From: Clostridia bacterium
GTDB taxonomy: Bacteria > Bacillota > Clostridia > Christensenellales > DTU072
Direction of reading: 5' to 3'
Assembly: GCA_017403145.1 (NCBI GenBank)
Contig: JAFQOO010000005.1
Span: 174,008-238,007 of the forward strand
DNA length: 64,000 nucleotides
Part shown: positions 1 to 9,715 of the stretch, in pieces
Position numbering within the stretch: position 1 is the first letter of the stretch
Layout: each line of letters starts with the position of its first letter
The notes under the pieces: model-generated
What the model was told of the DNA's origin: nothing
Database searches by the model: none
What the model saw: the letters and a program-made list of their open reading frames with translations, nothing else
Position numbers and translations under genes: made by a program

Positions 1-287
1 CTTCTTGCGATAAAAGAAATTTTACCCGTTTTTTGGTAATAAGTGGGAGTACCGTACATAAGAACTTGTTCACCGTTTTCGGGAACGTAGGTTTTGTCTA
101 CAGCAAAACAAACAATACCTATTTGAGCGTTTTCGTCTTTTAGGGTACAATAAAGGTTGCCCTTATGAATAGAGCAACCGCTAACTTCGCCAAGAAGATA
201 CATATTGTGCAGAAGTTCTTCTGCATCTATGATACGACTTAGATAAAAATTGAGTTCGGAAACTGTAATATAATTACGTTCTTGCAT
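1..287 (-). CDS. xseA: Exodeoxyribonuclease VII large subunit, N-terminal part (runs off window edge)
   Basis: Manual translation from ATG at 287: MQERNYITVSELNFYLSRII...LLGEVSG...GNLYCTLKDENAQI (XseA OB-fold start); overlaps nusB stop (TAATG); canonical nusB-xseA synteny. Confidence 0.88.
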   Translation of the reverse strand, partial: MQERNYITVSELNFYLSRIIDAEELLHNMYLLGEVSGCSIHKGNLYCTLKDENAQIGIVCFAVDKTYVPENGEQVLMYGTPTYYQKTGKISFIAR

Positions 288-694
288 TATTTTGCAGTGA
301 TTTCCTTGTAAACAGAGCTAAGAACACCATTTACGAAGGCATAGCTCTTTTCTACGGAGTAGGTTTTAACAAGCTCTACTGCTTCGGCAATCGAGGTTCC
401 AAGTGGGATATCGTCCATATACTTCATTTCGAATACAGCAAGAAGCATTGCAGCGAGGTCGAGCTTATATATTCTATCGAAATCATATCCCCTAGCATAT
501 TTGGTAATAATTTCTTTTAGCTCGTCGAAATGCTTTATAACGCCCTTATAAACGGTGGTAATATAGTCTACTTCGGACATAGGCATTTCTCCGGTAGTCA
601 TAATGAGCAAGGTTTTCTCGTTATATTCGCCGGAGAATAGATATTCAAATATTAACTTTAAAACGCTGTCGCGTGATTTTTTTCTTTGGTGCAT
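287..694 (-). CDS. nusB: Transcription antitermination factor NusB
   Basis: R-rich N-terminus, DRIYKLDLAAMLLA, IAEAVELVKTY, FVNGVL motifs. Confidence 0.93.
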   Translation of the reverse strand: MHQRKKSRDSVLKLIFEYLFSGEYNEKTLLIMTTGEMPMSEVDYITTVYKGVIKHFDELKEIITKYARGYDFDRIYKLDLAAMLLAVFEMKYMDDIPLGTSIAEAVELVKTYSVEKSYAFVNGVLSSVYKEITAK

Positions 695-698
695 AATT

Positions 699-1031
699 CT
701 AGATATTTACGTTAGCAACGTTTACGTTTATTCTTTTTACGGTAAATTTAGTAGCAGATTCCACGTCTTGTTTAATGGTTTCTTGTAGCTCGCAAACTAC
801 TTCGGGAATGCTAAGTCCAAAATTGACGTTAACGACCATATCGATACTAACCATACCCTCGTCGTCGATATAAACGTGGCAGTTGGTATTTTTTAAGCCG
901 GTAAAACCTAGGCGATATTTAACAACACCGTCTTCTTTAGAAACGCCTTGAACCTTTTTTATAGCTTCGTTTGCGATAGAGGCAACAATCGAGGTATATC
1001 TTGATATAGCTTGAGGTTTGATTTCTTCCAT
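699..1031 (-). CDS. Asp23/Gls24 family envelope stress protein
   Basis: IASIANEAIKKVQGV and SIPEVVCELQETIKQDVE...VKRINVNV motifs; upstream of nusB; start set at ATG 1031 (MEEIK). Confidence 0.85.
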   Translation of the reverse strand: MEEIKPQAISRYTSIVASIANEAIKKVQGVSKEDGVVKYRLGFTGLKNTNCHVYIDDEGMVSIDMVVNVNFGLSIPEVVCELQETIKQDVESATKFTVKRINVNVANVNI

Positions 1032-1037
1032 ATTTGT

Positions 1038-1066
1038 ATGATACCACAATAATATATTATTTGCAA
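1038..1066 (-). promoter_or_regulatory. SigA-type promoter, 6 nt upstream of asp23 ATG (leaderless)
   Basis: TTGCAA-17-TATCAT with extended -10 TG; no SD. Confidence 0.6.
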
Positions 1067-1112
1067 GAAATATAATTAAATTACGCGTGCGTAAATATGT
1101 ACGAAAGAAAAA

Positions 1113-1140
1113 TAAATAACGCCAGTGGTGGCGTTATTTT
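1113..1140. terminator. Hairpin terminator after lipoprotein gene
   Basis: aataacgcca-gtgg-tggcgttatt inverted repeat flanked by A/T runs. Confidence 0.65.
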
Positions 1141-2873
1141 ATCATTTCTTTGTTGTTAAAGAAGAAGATTGGTTCTACACTGCTGTATTTTGCAGAAGAG
1201 TTTAAAGCCGTTGCTGTTTCTTCTTTCTTAAGGTTTTTTCCAAGGTTTAATTCAATATCTGCTTCTTCATTATTATCTTTTATGTATTTATTATCTGTAA
1301 AGAAATTAGAATATAATTGTTCTTCAGTATAGGTATTATTTGCATCGCATTCAACCGCATATCTACCTTTAGATATAACTATGTTATTCTCAGAATCTTC
1401 AGATATAACCAAAACATAAAAGCTTTTTCCATACCCTGTATCAAAATTACTATAGTATGTTTTTATTCCCATATCACTCACATAAGTCATAATAGCATTG
1501 TCGATTCCGCATTGGCGGGCAAAGGCATTGTCGCCTTCGATTCCGTCTTTTGAATAGGTTGTGCCATTTACTGTAATGTCTGATGAGGCTTTGCCGATTG
1601 AAACTAAAGCTGAACCGTTATAACTATCCTTTGAAATTGAACTTGTAACTAAGTCAATATTCTCCTGAGTAGATAAATCGTCAACATTTAATGTTAATTC
1701 ATAAGCTCTTATGCTACTTCCAGCTGAACCTTGTGTATCATAAACCAAATACATTTTTCCATTCTCGGCTGAATATGAAATAATTTCATTTAATGTTGTG
1801 TTCCTGTGTTTTGCAAGGATAACCTCTTTAAGTTTTGTTTCAAGGGCTGAGAAGTCAAGGGTGTCGGTTACTTCGTCGTCTGGGGTGTCTGGGTTTGGAT
1901 TGTCTGTTCCTCCGCCTGTTGTTCCGCCCTCTTCGGTTTTGATTTGGGTTGGCTCAGCAAACACAATACTGCTGTTGCCTAAAACTTGAGTGTTGCTTAC
2001 TTGTGTGATTGTCCAATCGTCAGCTGAAAGGCCTTTAAGTGCGTCAAACATTGCTGTTGCGTCTGCGCCTTCATCAACCGGAGCTGTTGCTGAGTATTCA
2101 AAAAATCCGTTTTGGTTTTCAAGCATAACGTTAACTTCAACGCTAAATCCTGTTGGGCTGTTTGAATCTGCAATTTTTTGGAAATCTGCAATTGACGTGC
2201 GGTCGGCGGAGAGTCCAAGCACTCCTCCGCCAATAGAGTTGAAGCCATATGTATAGCCCTTGTAGTCAACGGTTGTGTTTTCACGACTGATTGTGTTTAA
2301 TTTTCTGAGGCCATAGGTGTCAACTGCTTCACTCAATGCTTCAAGCTGAGAAGTTGTTTCGATGCCCTCACCTTCGTAAAGTGTAAGATAGTTTATTGTT
2401 AGTGCCGAGTTTGTTTCTTCGAACGTATAAATTTTACCGCCTTGAATTGCATAGTCAAGTAGGCTTCCGGTTACTATGCTATCAAGAAGTTGTTTGAACT
2501 CCTCAAGCTCTTGTTGGGAGGGTTCCTCTTCCACTAATGGAGGTTGAGGTGTTACCTCGCTTCCACCATCTTCTTCGTTATCACCCTCGGTACCCGTTTG
2601 GCTGTCGTCGTTATCGTTACCATTATTGTCGTTGTCCTCTTCCGTTTGGTTGTTGTCCTCTTCTTCGTCGCCAACTATTGGATATCGCGTTGTGTCGTCA
2701 TCTTCTTCGTTATCATTATTCTCTTTATCATTCACAATTGGCTTTTTGTTGTCGTCGTTAGAGTCGTTTTGGGTGCCACTAGGTGCACAGCCAATAAGAC
2801 CAATACTAAATATTGTGCATACTATAAGGAAAATAACTGCTAACTTTAGAATAAGACTAGAATGTTTTTTCAT
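1134..2873 (-). CDS. Hypothetical lipoprotein with acidic stalk and two diverged tandem domains
   Basis: Signal peptide with lipobox LIGC; D/E/N-rich linker; SD aagga before ATG 2873; own promoter and terminator. Confidence 0.75.
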   Translation of the reverse strand: MKKHSSLILKLAVIFLIVCTIFSIGLIGCAPSGTQNDSNDDNKKPIVNDKENNDNEEDDDTTRYPIVGDEEEDNNQTEEDNDNNGNDNDDSQTGTEGDNEEDGGSEVTPQPPLVEEEPSQQELEEFKQLLDSIVTGSLLDYAIQGGKIYTFEETNSALTINYLTLYEGEGIETTSQLEALSEAVDTYGLRKLNTISRENTTVDYKGYTYGFNSIGGGVLGLSADRTSIADFQKIADSNSPTGFSVEVNVMLENQNGFFEYSATAPVDEGADATAMFDALKGLSADDWTITQVSNTQVLGNSSIVFAEPTQIKTEEGGTTGGGTDNPNPDTPDDEVTDTLDFSALETKLKEVILAKHRNTTLNEIISYSAENGKMYLVYDTQGSAGSSIRAYELTLNVDDLSTQENIDLVTSSISKDSYNGSALVSIGKASSDITVNGTTYSKDGIEGDNAFARQCGIDNAIMTYVSDMGIKTYYSNFDTGYGKSFYVLVISEDSENNIVISKGRYAVECDANNTYTEEQLYSNFFTDNKYIKDNNEEADIELNLGKNLKKEETATALNSSAKYSSVEPIFFFNNKEMIK

Positions 2874-2950
2874 AACTATCGTCCTTAGAAACAAAATTTA
2901 TCTATATTATACTACTTTATTTAAAAATTGTAAACTTTTATATCATTACA

Positions 2951-2988
2951 AAAAGCACGCTTTTCCATATAGGTATATGCGTGCTTTT
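2951..2988 (-). terminator. Terminator after spoIIIAH
   Basis: aaaagcacgc...gcgtgctttt inverted repeat. Confidence 0.65.
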
Positions 2989-3012
2989 GATTTGTTATTT
3001 AGTTAAAAATTT

Positions 3013-3534
3013 TTATACGTAAGGAATAATTACAACGTCGGGTGCGGTAAAGGTGGTCTCGGTTTCAACAATATTTAGAATTTGTGCAGCCTCTTCTAGA
3101 GTTAAATCTTCGTCCATTACTACAATATTTACGTTCTCGGTCGACATTGTAACTATGCAGTCTTCAAAGCCCTTTGCTTTTATTAGCCCCTCTAGTACTA
3201 GTTCGGTTTCCATTGAAGAGGTAATATTCAGCTTTTGACTTTCGGCATCTAGAATTGCGGTTTCGGTTGAGCTTGCCGATGCAATGATTTCGTCTAGATA
3301 AGCAATTTCTTGGTTTCTGGTTGACTCTCTATCGGTACGATAGGTTTCAAAAAAGCTTTGTTCTTGCTCTTGTACTACGTCGTCGTTATTGTTTCCGCTC
3401 GTCTTTACGTTTAGGAAATAGTTTAGACATCCCGTGCCTATAAGTAATGCAACCATTGTGCAAACAACTATTATTTTCTTTCTGTTTGCTTTTAGTGATT
3501 GACCGATTTTGGATAGTTTGCTGTTTTGTTTCAT
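3013..3534 (-). CDS. spoIIIAH: Stage III sporulation protein AH
   Basis: FFETYRTDRE, ELVLEGLIKAKGFEDCIV; last gene of operon. Confidence 0.92.
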   Translation of the reverse strand: MKQNSKLSKIGQSLKANRKKIIVVCTMVALLIGTGCLNYFLNVKTSGNNNDDVVQEQEQSFFETYRTDRESTRNQEIAYLDEIIASASSTETAILDAESQKLNITSSMETELVLEGLIKAKGFEDCIVTMSTENVNIVVMDEDLTLEEAAQILNIVETETTFTAPDVVIIPYV

Positions 3535-4064
3535 AGTTCACTCCTTGTATATATTTGTATTGAATTTTTATCTATATCCAGCGCTGTTGATACCGCACTC
3601 AATATATTCAGCCTAACTTTTGGGTTGTCTGCACCCTCCGCTACCACTATTACGCCAATAATTTCCGGCATTTTTTCTTGTAGTACTATAACGTTTTGGT
3701 TACTTATTATCGGCGAACTCGTCGAGGTCGATGTCGTTGTCGAGTTGTTTGGCGACGAGGTCGTCGTGGAATGTGTATTCTCCGTTTGTGCAGTTACCTG
3801 CTGTGCTGTCGAGTTAAAGGTTATCAGTACGTCAACCTCGCCCACTCCCTCAATTTTGTTTAGAATACCGCCCACCCTTTCTTCTAGCCCTTCGGTAAGC
3901 GATATATCTTGGCTAACCGCACTTTCCTTAGCCTTATCCTCGTTCGACTTTCCGTCAACACTAAAATATATTAGTAGTACCACCGCAATTATGATTAAAG
4001 ATATGATAATTTCATAATTTTTTATCGATTTAATTTTTTGCCACAATTCTTTTAGCTTTTCCAT
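3531..4064 (-). CDS. spoIIIAG: Stage III sporulation protein AG
   Basis: IEGVGEVDVLIT and PEIIGVIVVAEGA motifs. Confidence 0.92.
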   Translation of the reverse strand: MEKLKELWQKIKSIKNYEIIISLIIIAVVLLIYFSVDGKSNEDKAKESAVSQDISLTEGLEERVGGILNKIEGVGEVDVLITFNSTAQQVTAQTENTHSTTTSSPNNSTTTSTSTSSPIISNQNVIVLQEKMPEIIGVIVVAEGADNPKVRLNILSAVSTALDIDKNSIQIYTRSEL

Positions 4065-4564
4065 CAGTTTATTACCTCTACTATTCCTTCGTCCACGTTA
4101 AAACAACTAACCATACAGCTTTTTATCTCTTTTACAATATCTATATTCGCCTTTTCGTTAGTTATTACTGCATTTTGCTTATCCGCTATAATTTCCAAAA
4201 TTTCCGCCCTTTTGCCATAGCTCAAAATTACCTCTATATCAACGCCTTTTATACCTTTGCTTTCTAGAAAGGCTATAGCTCTTTCCTTTTGGTTAGCACA
4301 CTCTTTTTCTTTGATTTTATATAAAAAGTCGTAGTTTTCGTCTATTTTTGTACTAGTTTCCTCTTCGTAACTACTATTTACTTGAAGGCTACTCTCCCCA
4401 CCGATAAATGCAGTCAAAGGCGATAGCATAACGCTAAATACTATTAGCGACGATATACCTTTAACGTATTTTTTCGTTTCTCCCTCTGGTAATAATAAAT
4501 CTATTAGTGTTGTTAGACATAGGCATCCAACAATGCTTAGTATCCAGCTAGAAAATGCAATCAT
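4064..4564 (-). CDS. spoIIIAF: Stage III sporulation protein AF
   Basis: DLLLPEGETKKYVK motif; operon position. Confidence 0.9.
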   Translation of the reverse strand: MIAFSSWILSIVGCLCLTTLIDLLLPEGETKKYVKGISSLIVFSVMLSPLTAFIGGESSLQVNSSYEEETSTKIDENYDFLYKIKEKECANQKERAIAFLESKGIKGVDIEVILSYGKRAEILEIIADKQNAVITNEKANIDIVKEIKSCMVSCFNVDEGIVEVIN

Positions 4565-5739
4565 ACTATTCCTCCGTTATAAGCGCCAATTATTAAGGAA
4601 AGAATAATAAAGATAATAAACGCAACGCCTCCAAGAGACGCTAGCAAAATATTTAGTCCCGACGAAGTGTCGTAAAGTAAGCTCGCAACCTTGTTTTCAC
4701 CGATAGGCTCAATAAATGCGCTTATCAACTTTAGTGATAGCGAAAAAAGTAGTATTTTAACAATTGGTGTTATTAGTATTCCTATTAGTATCAAAAAACT
4801 CGAAAGCCCCAGCGCGTTTTTTATAAGCACGCAACTTGCCATAACTATATCGAACCCCTCGGCAAGATATCCACCAAGTATAGGTATATAACTTGAAAGA
4901 GCAAATTTTGTTGACTTTATTGTTATAGTATCTATACTTGCCCCTACCAATCCTTGCATAGCAACAAAACTCGTTACAAGCGAAAATACTATTCCCAAAG
5001 TCCACGAAGCAATGGATTTTAGCGTCTTATTGCATTTTTCCAGCTTTATAGTATCACTCAAATTACCAACAAAGGTAAATACGATTGTAGCGTAAAATAT
5101 AGGTATGATTATATTTATAATCAGTTTTATAACCAAATTTGATACAAGTAGCGTTATCGGTTGCAAGAAGCTCGCTCCACCTACGCCACCTATTGCGGTA
5201 AGTAAGGTTAAAATAACAGGGAAAAGTCTATCAACCAATTCGTTTATTGAGTTTAACGTACCGCTAACTTCTTTTACAACGTCGCCCACCATAATAGCTA
5301 GGGTACAAATAATCGCTCCGTATATTGCATAGTGAATAATTGTTTCGATACCCTCTTTTTTGAACCCTGCGGTTAAGCTTTTGCTTAAACTGGATAATAT
5401 CGCAAGCACCACAATGCTAATTAGCGAAAGCAACGAGCTTTTTATTCCGCTTTTTACCGCTTGAACAAAGCCTTCTAACACGTTTTCGGCACTGATTGTA
5501 ATATTTCCGCTTATAATTCCTTTTATAAAATCTTTTAGATTTACTCCAAAATTGCTTTCTAAATTGCTAAAGTATGCGTTCAAGTCCTCGTCTATAAGAC
5601 TATTCAAGTTATCCTCGATTTCCTTTTCTATTTCTTCCTTTATCTCCCCTTCGGCATAGGCAATATCTGTTGTTAAAGATACCGAAAAACAAATAAAAGC
5701 CATTATAAATAGGCTTAAATATATAACTATCCTCTTCAT
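4561..5739 (-). CDS. spoIIIAE: Stage III sporulation protein AE
   Basis: Multi-TM protein; KFALSSYIPILGG...LIKNALG motif. Confidence 0.93.
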   Translation of the reverse strand: MKRIVIYLSLFIMAFICFSVSLTTDIAYAEGEIKEEIEKEIEDNLNSLIDEDLNAYFSNLESNFGVNLKDFIKGIISGNITISAENVLEGFVQAVKSGIKSSLLSLISIVVLAILSSLSKSLTAGFKKEGIETIIHYAIYGAIICTLAIMVGDVVKEVSGTLNSINELVDRLFPVILTLLTAIGGVGGASFLQPITLLVSNLVIKLIINIIIPIFYATIVFTFVGNLSDTIKLEKCNKTLKSIASWTLGIVFSLVTSFVAMQGLVGASIDTITIKSTKFALSSYIPILGGYLAEGFDIVMASCVLIKNALGLSSFLILIGILITPIVKILLFSLSLKLISAFIEPIGENKVASLLYDTSSGLNILLASLGGVAFIIFIILSLIIGAYNGGIV

Positions 5740-6125
5740 TTTAGTATACTTCCTATAGAGAGTACAACGTTCGAAATTATCGGTATGGCAAGTAACATTA
5801 TTAGTATTTTTCCTGCAAGCAACACCTTTTTGCCTATGCTACCTACCCCATAATCCTCGGTTATAGAGGCGGTAAACTCGGTTAAATATCCAATTCCAAT
5901 AATTTTTATAATGGTAACAAGTAAAGTGGAATCTACTTTTGCAATTTCCGCAATTTTTTTGAATTCTACAATAAGCTGGTTAAGCTCAGGGGTAAGTGTA
6001 AATAGTATTACTACTCCCGTTATTACCCCCGCAAACGATGCAAGCGAGGGCTTTATTTCTTTTAGTAGCCCCGCGCATACCATTCCAAGAATGGCTATAC
6101 CTATAACCTTGATTATACTCATCAA
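5736..6125 (-). CDS. spoIIIAD: Stage III sporulation protein AD
   Basis: IIKIIGIGYLTEF...GKILI...AIPI. Confidence 0.92.
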   Translation of the reverse strand: MMSIIKVIGIAILGMVCAGLLKEIKPSLASFAGVITGVVILFTLTPELNQLIVEFKKIAEIAKVDSTLLVTIIKIIGIGYLTEFTASITEDYGVGSIGKKVLLAGKILIMLLAIPIISNVVLSIGSILK

Positions 6126-6322
6126 TACAAGCCAAATAGATTTTGTACCGTTCCAAGTAGCTCGCTAACCAAGCTTATAACCATAATTAGTACGATTACT
6201 AATGCGGTTAACGTAACAAAAGTTGCAAGCTCTCGCTTATCACTCTTTTCCAAAATGCTATTTATAACAGTTGCCAGAATGCCAACTCCTGCAATTTTAA
6301 GTATGGTTTCTATTCCCGTCAT
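6122..6322 (-). CDS. spoIIIAC: Stage III sporulation protein AC
   Basis: ILKIAGVGIL motif, 66 aa, ends LFGLY. Confidence 0.93.
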   Translation of the reverse strand: MTGIETILKIAGVGILATVINSILEKSDKRELATFVTLTALVIVLIMVISLVSELLGTVQNLFGLY

Positions 6323-6780
6323 ATTATCAATACTATCAAGCCAATCCCTAATAAAATTATCAGTTTTCGACCCAATTCCCCCTTTTGAGTTTTGTCTTTT
6401 TCGGCATCATATACCGACTGAGTAGCCAATTCTTCGGCATTTTTTATAACTGCGTTTTTAGAATGATAGTCCGAATTACTAAGCTCGGTAATAAAATTAA
6501 CTATTCTAGATATAAGCTCTTTGGTTAAAAATATGGAGTCAAGATTTTCGCCCTTTACAGTACTCGATATAATTTCGTTCAACTGCTTTGTTTGGTATTC
6601 GAATTTTTGTGCCAATTCCTCTATATTCGATTTAAAAAATTCCGTTTCCCTACCAACGTAGGCAATAAAATTCTTGTAATCACGTAGTATTTTTAGTCGC
6701 GTTTTATAGTATCGTTCTATACCATACCCTAGGTATCCCAATAAAACAACTATGACTATTGCAAGAACTATCTTTATCAT
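6319..6780 (-). CDS. spoIIIAB: Stage III sporulation protein AB
   Basis: N- and C-terminal TM helices; position between AA and AC. Confidence 0.85.
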   Translation of the reverse strand: MIKIVLAIVIVVLLGYLGYGIERYYKTRLKILRDYKNFIAYVGRETEFFKSNIEELAQKFEYQTKQLNEIISSTVKGENLDSIFLTKELISRIVNFITELSNSDYHSKNAVIKNAEELATQSVYDAEKDKTQKGELGRKLIILLGIGLIVLII

Positions 6781-7595
6781 TTTAACCTTACTATTGATTT
6801 TATTGAACCTACCTTAGGTTTATTACTCAATTCAACCGCATATACAAAGTGCTCTAGTAATTTTTGATTATGCTTTTTTAATTGCTCAACTCCTAGAGCG
6901 TGTATGCTTGCTATAATCTTTACTCCACACCTATCAATTTCCCCTAAAACAACGTCGTCGCTCTCGCTAAAGAGTTCGTCAAGCACTATAACCTCGGGCG
7001 AAATTGACCTTATAATTCCCTCTATGACCATATTTTTTGGAGTATTGCTAAACACGTCGACTTTATCACCAAAAGTATAACTTTCGTTATATAACTCTCC
7101 TCGCTCGTCAACTATCAAGGTTTCGTATTTGCCACTAAGCAATCTTGCAATATCCCGTATTAGCGTAGTTTTGCCACCGTATGGAGGTGATATAATAAGA
7201 GTGTTTTCGCAAACGTTTAGTATACGTACTAGTTTTTCTGCACATCCAACGACCTCGTGTGGAACTCTTATAGTCAACGACGTGAAGTCTTTTATAGTTA
7301 TAATCTTTTCACCATCGGTAACGCCACTTCCGCTTAACCCTATCCTTATTCCCTCGAAAGGAATGTACCCTTTTTTGATTTCGTCTTGATATGCGTATAA
7401 CGAATTTCGCGTAGCAGTCCTTATAATTTCTTGTATATCGTTTTCGTTAGGCTTATAATCAACGCTTATTTCGTTAAATGCACTCTTAACGACAATCTTT
7501 CGCCCCAACCTTATTCGAATTTCGGTTACCTTTTGAATGGGAATTGCATTTTTTATATAGTCAAAAATATTTGTAGGTAAAAGTCTAGTAAGCAT
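6777..7595 (-). CDS. spoIIIAA: Stage III sporulation protein AA (ATPase)
   Basis: EIRIR, ISPPYGGKTTLIRD, IVDERGE, SPEVIVLDE; start set at ATG 7595 after a SigE-like CATATTTT. Confidence 0.93.
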   Translation of the reverse strand: MLTRLLPTNIFDYIKNAIPIQKVTEIRIRLGRKIVVKSAFNEISVDYKPNENDIQEIIRTATRNSLYAYQDEIKKGYIPFEGIRIGLSGSGVTDGEKIITIKDFTSLTIRVPHEVVGCAEKLVRILNVCENTLIISPPYGGKTTLIRDIARLLSGKYETLIVDERGELYNESYTFGDKVDVFSNTPKNMVIEGIIRSISPEVIVLDELFSESDDVVLGEIDRCGVKIIASIHALGVEQLKKHNQKLLEHFVYAVELSNKPKVGSIKSIVRLK

Positions 7596-7619
7596 ACTAA
7601 AAAATATGCAAATAAGCAT

Positions 7620-7650
7620 AAAAAAAGACGGAAGCTATCAACTTCCGTCC
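7620..7650 (-). terminator. Intrinsic terminator after efp
   Basis: gacggaag-N7-cttccgtc followed by T-run on minus strand. Confidence 0.75.
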
Positions 7651-7668
7651 AATAAAATTTGGTTTAGA

Positions 7669-8238
7669 TTAGTTTGCGCGAGACATATATTCGCCGGTAC
7701 GAGTGTCAACTCTTATCATTTCGCCTTCTTCGATGAATAGAGGAACTTGGATTACGTATCCGGTTTCAAGAGTTGCTTGCTTGGAGCCGGGTTGTGCGGT
7801 TGCACCGGGGATAGCGGGTTCACATTCGGTTACTTGGAGAACTACAAAGTTTTCGGGTTCAACACTAAAGGGTGAATCTTTGTAGAATGCAACGTCAACG
7901 ATAGAGCCTTCCTTGATAAAGTTCAATGCTTCTGCAACCAAAGCTTTATTCATAGGAATCATATCGTAGGTTTCGTTATCCATAAAGTAATAGAAATCTT
8001 CGCCATCAAAGTAGCTGTAGCTCATCTTTTTGCGTTCGATATAAGCTAAATCAAACTTTTCGCTGGGGTTAAAGGTCTTTTCAAGAACGCTACCGGTCAT
8101 AACGTTACGCATCTTAACGCGTACGAATGCTGCGCCCTTACCGGGTTTAACGTGTTGGAAGTCAACAACAACTTGAACGGTGTTGTCCATTTCAAAAGTA
8201 TCGCCTTTTCTTAAATCGCCTGCTAGTTTATTTGCCAT
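7669..8238 (-). CDS. efp: Elongation factor P
   Basis: [34 protein letters not shown]. Confidence 0.98.
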   Translation of the reverse strand: MANKLAGDLRKGDTFEMDNTVQVVVDFQHVKPGKGAAFVRVKMRNVMTGSVLEKTFNPSEKFDLAYIERKKMSYSYFDGEDFYYFMDNETYDMIPMNKALVAEALNFIKEGSIVDVAFYKDSPFSVEPENFVVLQVTECEPAIPGATAQPGSKQATLETGYVIQVPLFIEEGEMIRVDTRTGEYMSRAN

Positions 8239-8260
8239 AAGTAAATATACCTCCGTAGTA

Positions 8261-9310
8261 TTACTTTAATATTATTAAATTTTTATTTGAATTTGTCAAG
8301 TTATCCACCTTACTTTTTTGGAAAACTACAATATCTTCTATTCTAACACCATATTTTCCCTCAATATATGCCCCCGGTTCAACCGAAAGCACGCTTCCAA
8401 CGGGTATAATCTCGTTACATTTTGGTGTAAGCCCCGGTCCCTCGTGAACGTCTATACCTAGACTATGTCCCAAAGAGTGTGTAAAATATTCTCCGTAACC
8501 CCTTTCTTTTAGCACGTTACGAGCAATCGCATCCCCCTCTTTGCCTTTTATTCCGGCCTTTAGTTCGGAAAGAGCTTTCTCTTGTGCTTCGAGAACTGCG
8601 TTATAAAGCTCGACGTAACCCTCGGGTGCTTCTCCTACCACAAATGAGCGCGTCATATCCGAGCAATATCCCTTGTATTTTGCGCCAAAGTCTAACGTTA
8701 CAACGTCATTTTCTTGCAATACGTTGTCGCCGGGGTGCGCGTGAGGTTTAGAGGTGTTTTTACCGAATGCAACAATGGGCGGGAAAGCCAATTCACAACC
8801 ATAAGAATAGGTCTTGGAATTCATAAACGATGCTACTTCTAGCTCCGTCATACCGGGCTTAATATATCCAAGAGTATCTATAAATACTTGGTCGGTTACT
8901 TTTTGTGCTTTTTTTATAAGCTCCAATTCGTCTTCCCTCTTAACCGAACGCATTTCACTAATCAAATGCTCAGCCGGGAACAACTTATACTTTTTAAAAA
9001 TACCTTCACATTCTAAAATTTTGTATTGCCTATGAGAAATAGACCAGTCTTCATAACCAATCTTCTTTAAACCAAGCTTTATAATTAAATTTTTCGTTGT
9101 TTTGGTATATCCAAGTTTATCCATTTCAACGATTTCAAAATCTTTTAAAAATTCGCGTGCCTCTTCGCTTACGCGTTTATCACATACGTAATATTTTTTT
9201 TCTTTGGTAAGCAAAACGACTGCATCGTCGTTTGAGTAGCGTGTAAAATAATACAAATTCGATGAGGTAACTATAACAACAGCATCTAGATTTTCAAATA
9301 ATTTTTCCAT
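8261..9310 (-). CDS. Xaa-Pro aminopeptidase (M24 family)
   Basis: [38 protein letters not shown]. Confidence 0.95.
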   Translation of the reverse strand: MEKLFENLDAVVIVTSSNLYYFTRYSNDDAVVLLTKEKKYYVCDKRVSEEAREFLKDFEIVEMDKLGYTKTTKNLIIKLGLKKIGYEDWSISHRQYKILECEGIFKKYKLFPAEHLISEMRSVKREDELELIKKAQKVTDQVFIDTLGYIKPGMTELEVASFMNSKTYSYGCELAFPPIVAFGKNTSKPHAHPGDNVLQENDVVTLDFGAKYKGYCSDMTRSFVVGEAPEGYVELYNAVLEAQEKALSELKAGIKGKEGDAIARNVLKERGYGEYFTHSLGHSLGIDVHEGPGLTPKCNEIIPVGSVLSVEPGAYIEGKYGVRIEDIVVFQKSKVDNLTNSNKNLIILK

Positions 9311-9316
9311 AGCATT

Positions 9317-9345
9317 ATTATAGTCGTATTGTGCACAAAAGTCAA
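9317..9345 (-). promoter_or_regulatory. SigA promoter 6 nt before peptidase ATG (leaderless)
   Basis: TTGACT-17-TATAAT-aatgct-ATG. Confidence 0.7.
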
Positions 9346-9350
9346 TATAC

Positions 9351-9710
9351 CTATTTGGTTTTCGAGCTACTAATTAGTCCAACTATAAAGCTTATAAATA
9401 TTACTCCCGCAATACCACCCGCAACCGCTTCGATACCACCGGTTATTGCACCTAATAAACCGTTTTCTATTGTTCCTTTAATTGCTCCCTTTGCAAGGTT
9501 AGAGCCAAATCCCATTATCGGTACCGTTGCACCAGCTTGTCCCCACTCTCGTATATATTTGTATACGCCAACGGTTTCTAACAAAACTCCCGTCAAAAGA
9601 AATCCAACCAATATTCTCGCCGAGGTCATTTTTGTAGTGTTGATTAGTACTTGTCCTATTAAACAAATTATGCCACCAACTAAAAATACTTTCAAATAAT
9701 CAACTATCAT
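9351..9710 (-). CDS. spoVAE: Stage V sporulation protein AE(b)
   Basis: FLVGGIICLIGQ, AGATVPIMGFG. Confidence 0.93.
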   Translation of the reverse strand: MIVDYLKVFLVGGIICLIGQVLINTTKMTSARILVGFLLTGVLLETVGVYKYIREWGQAGATVPIMGFGSNLAKGAIKGTIENGLLGAITGGIEAVAGGIAGVIFISFIVGLISSSKTK

Positions 9711-9715
9711 TTTAC

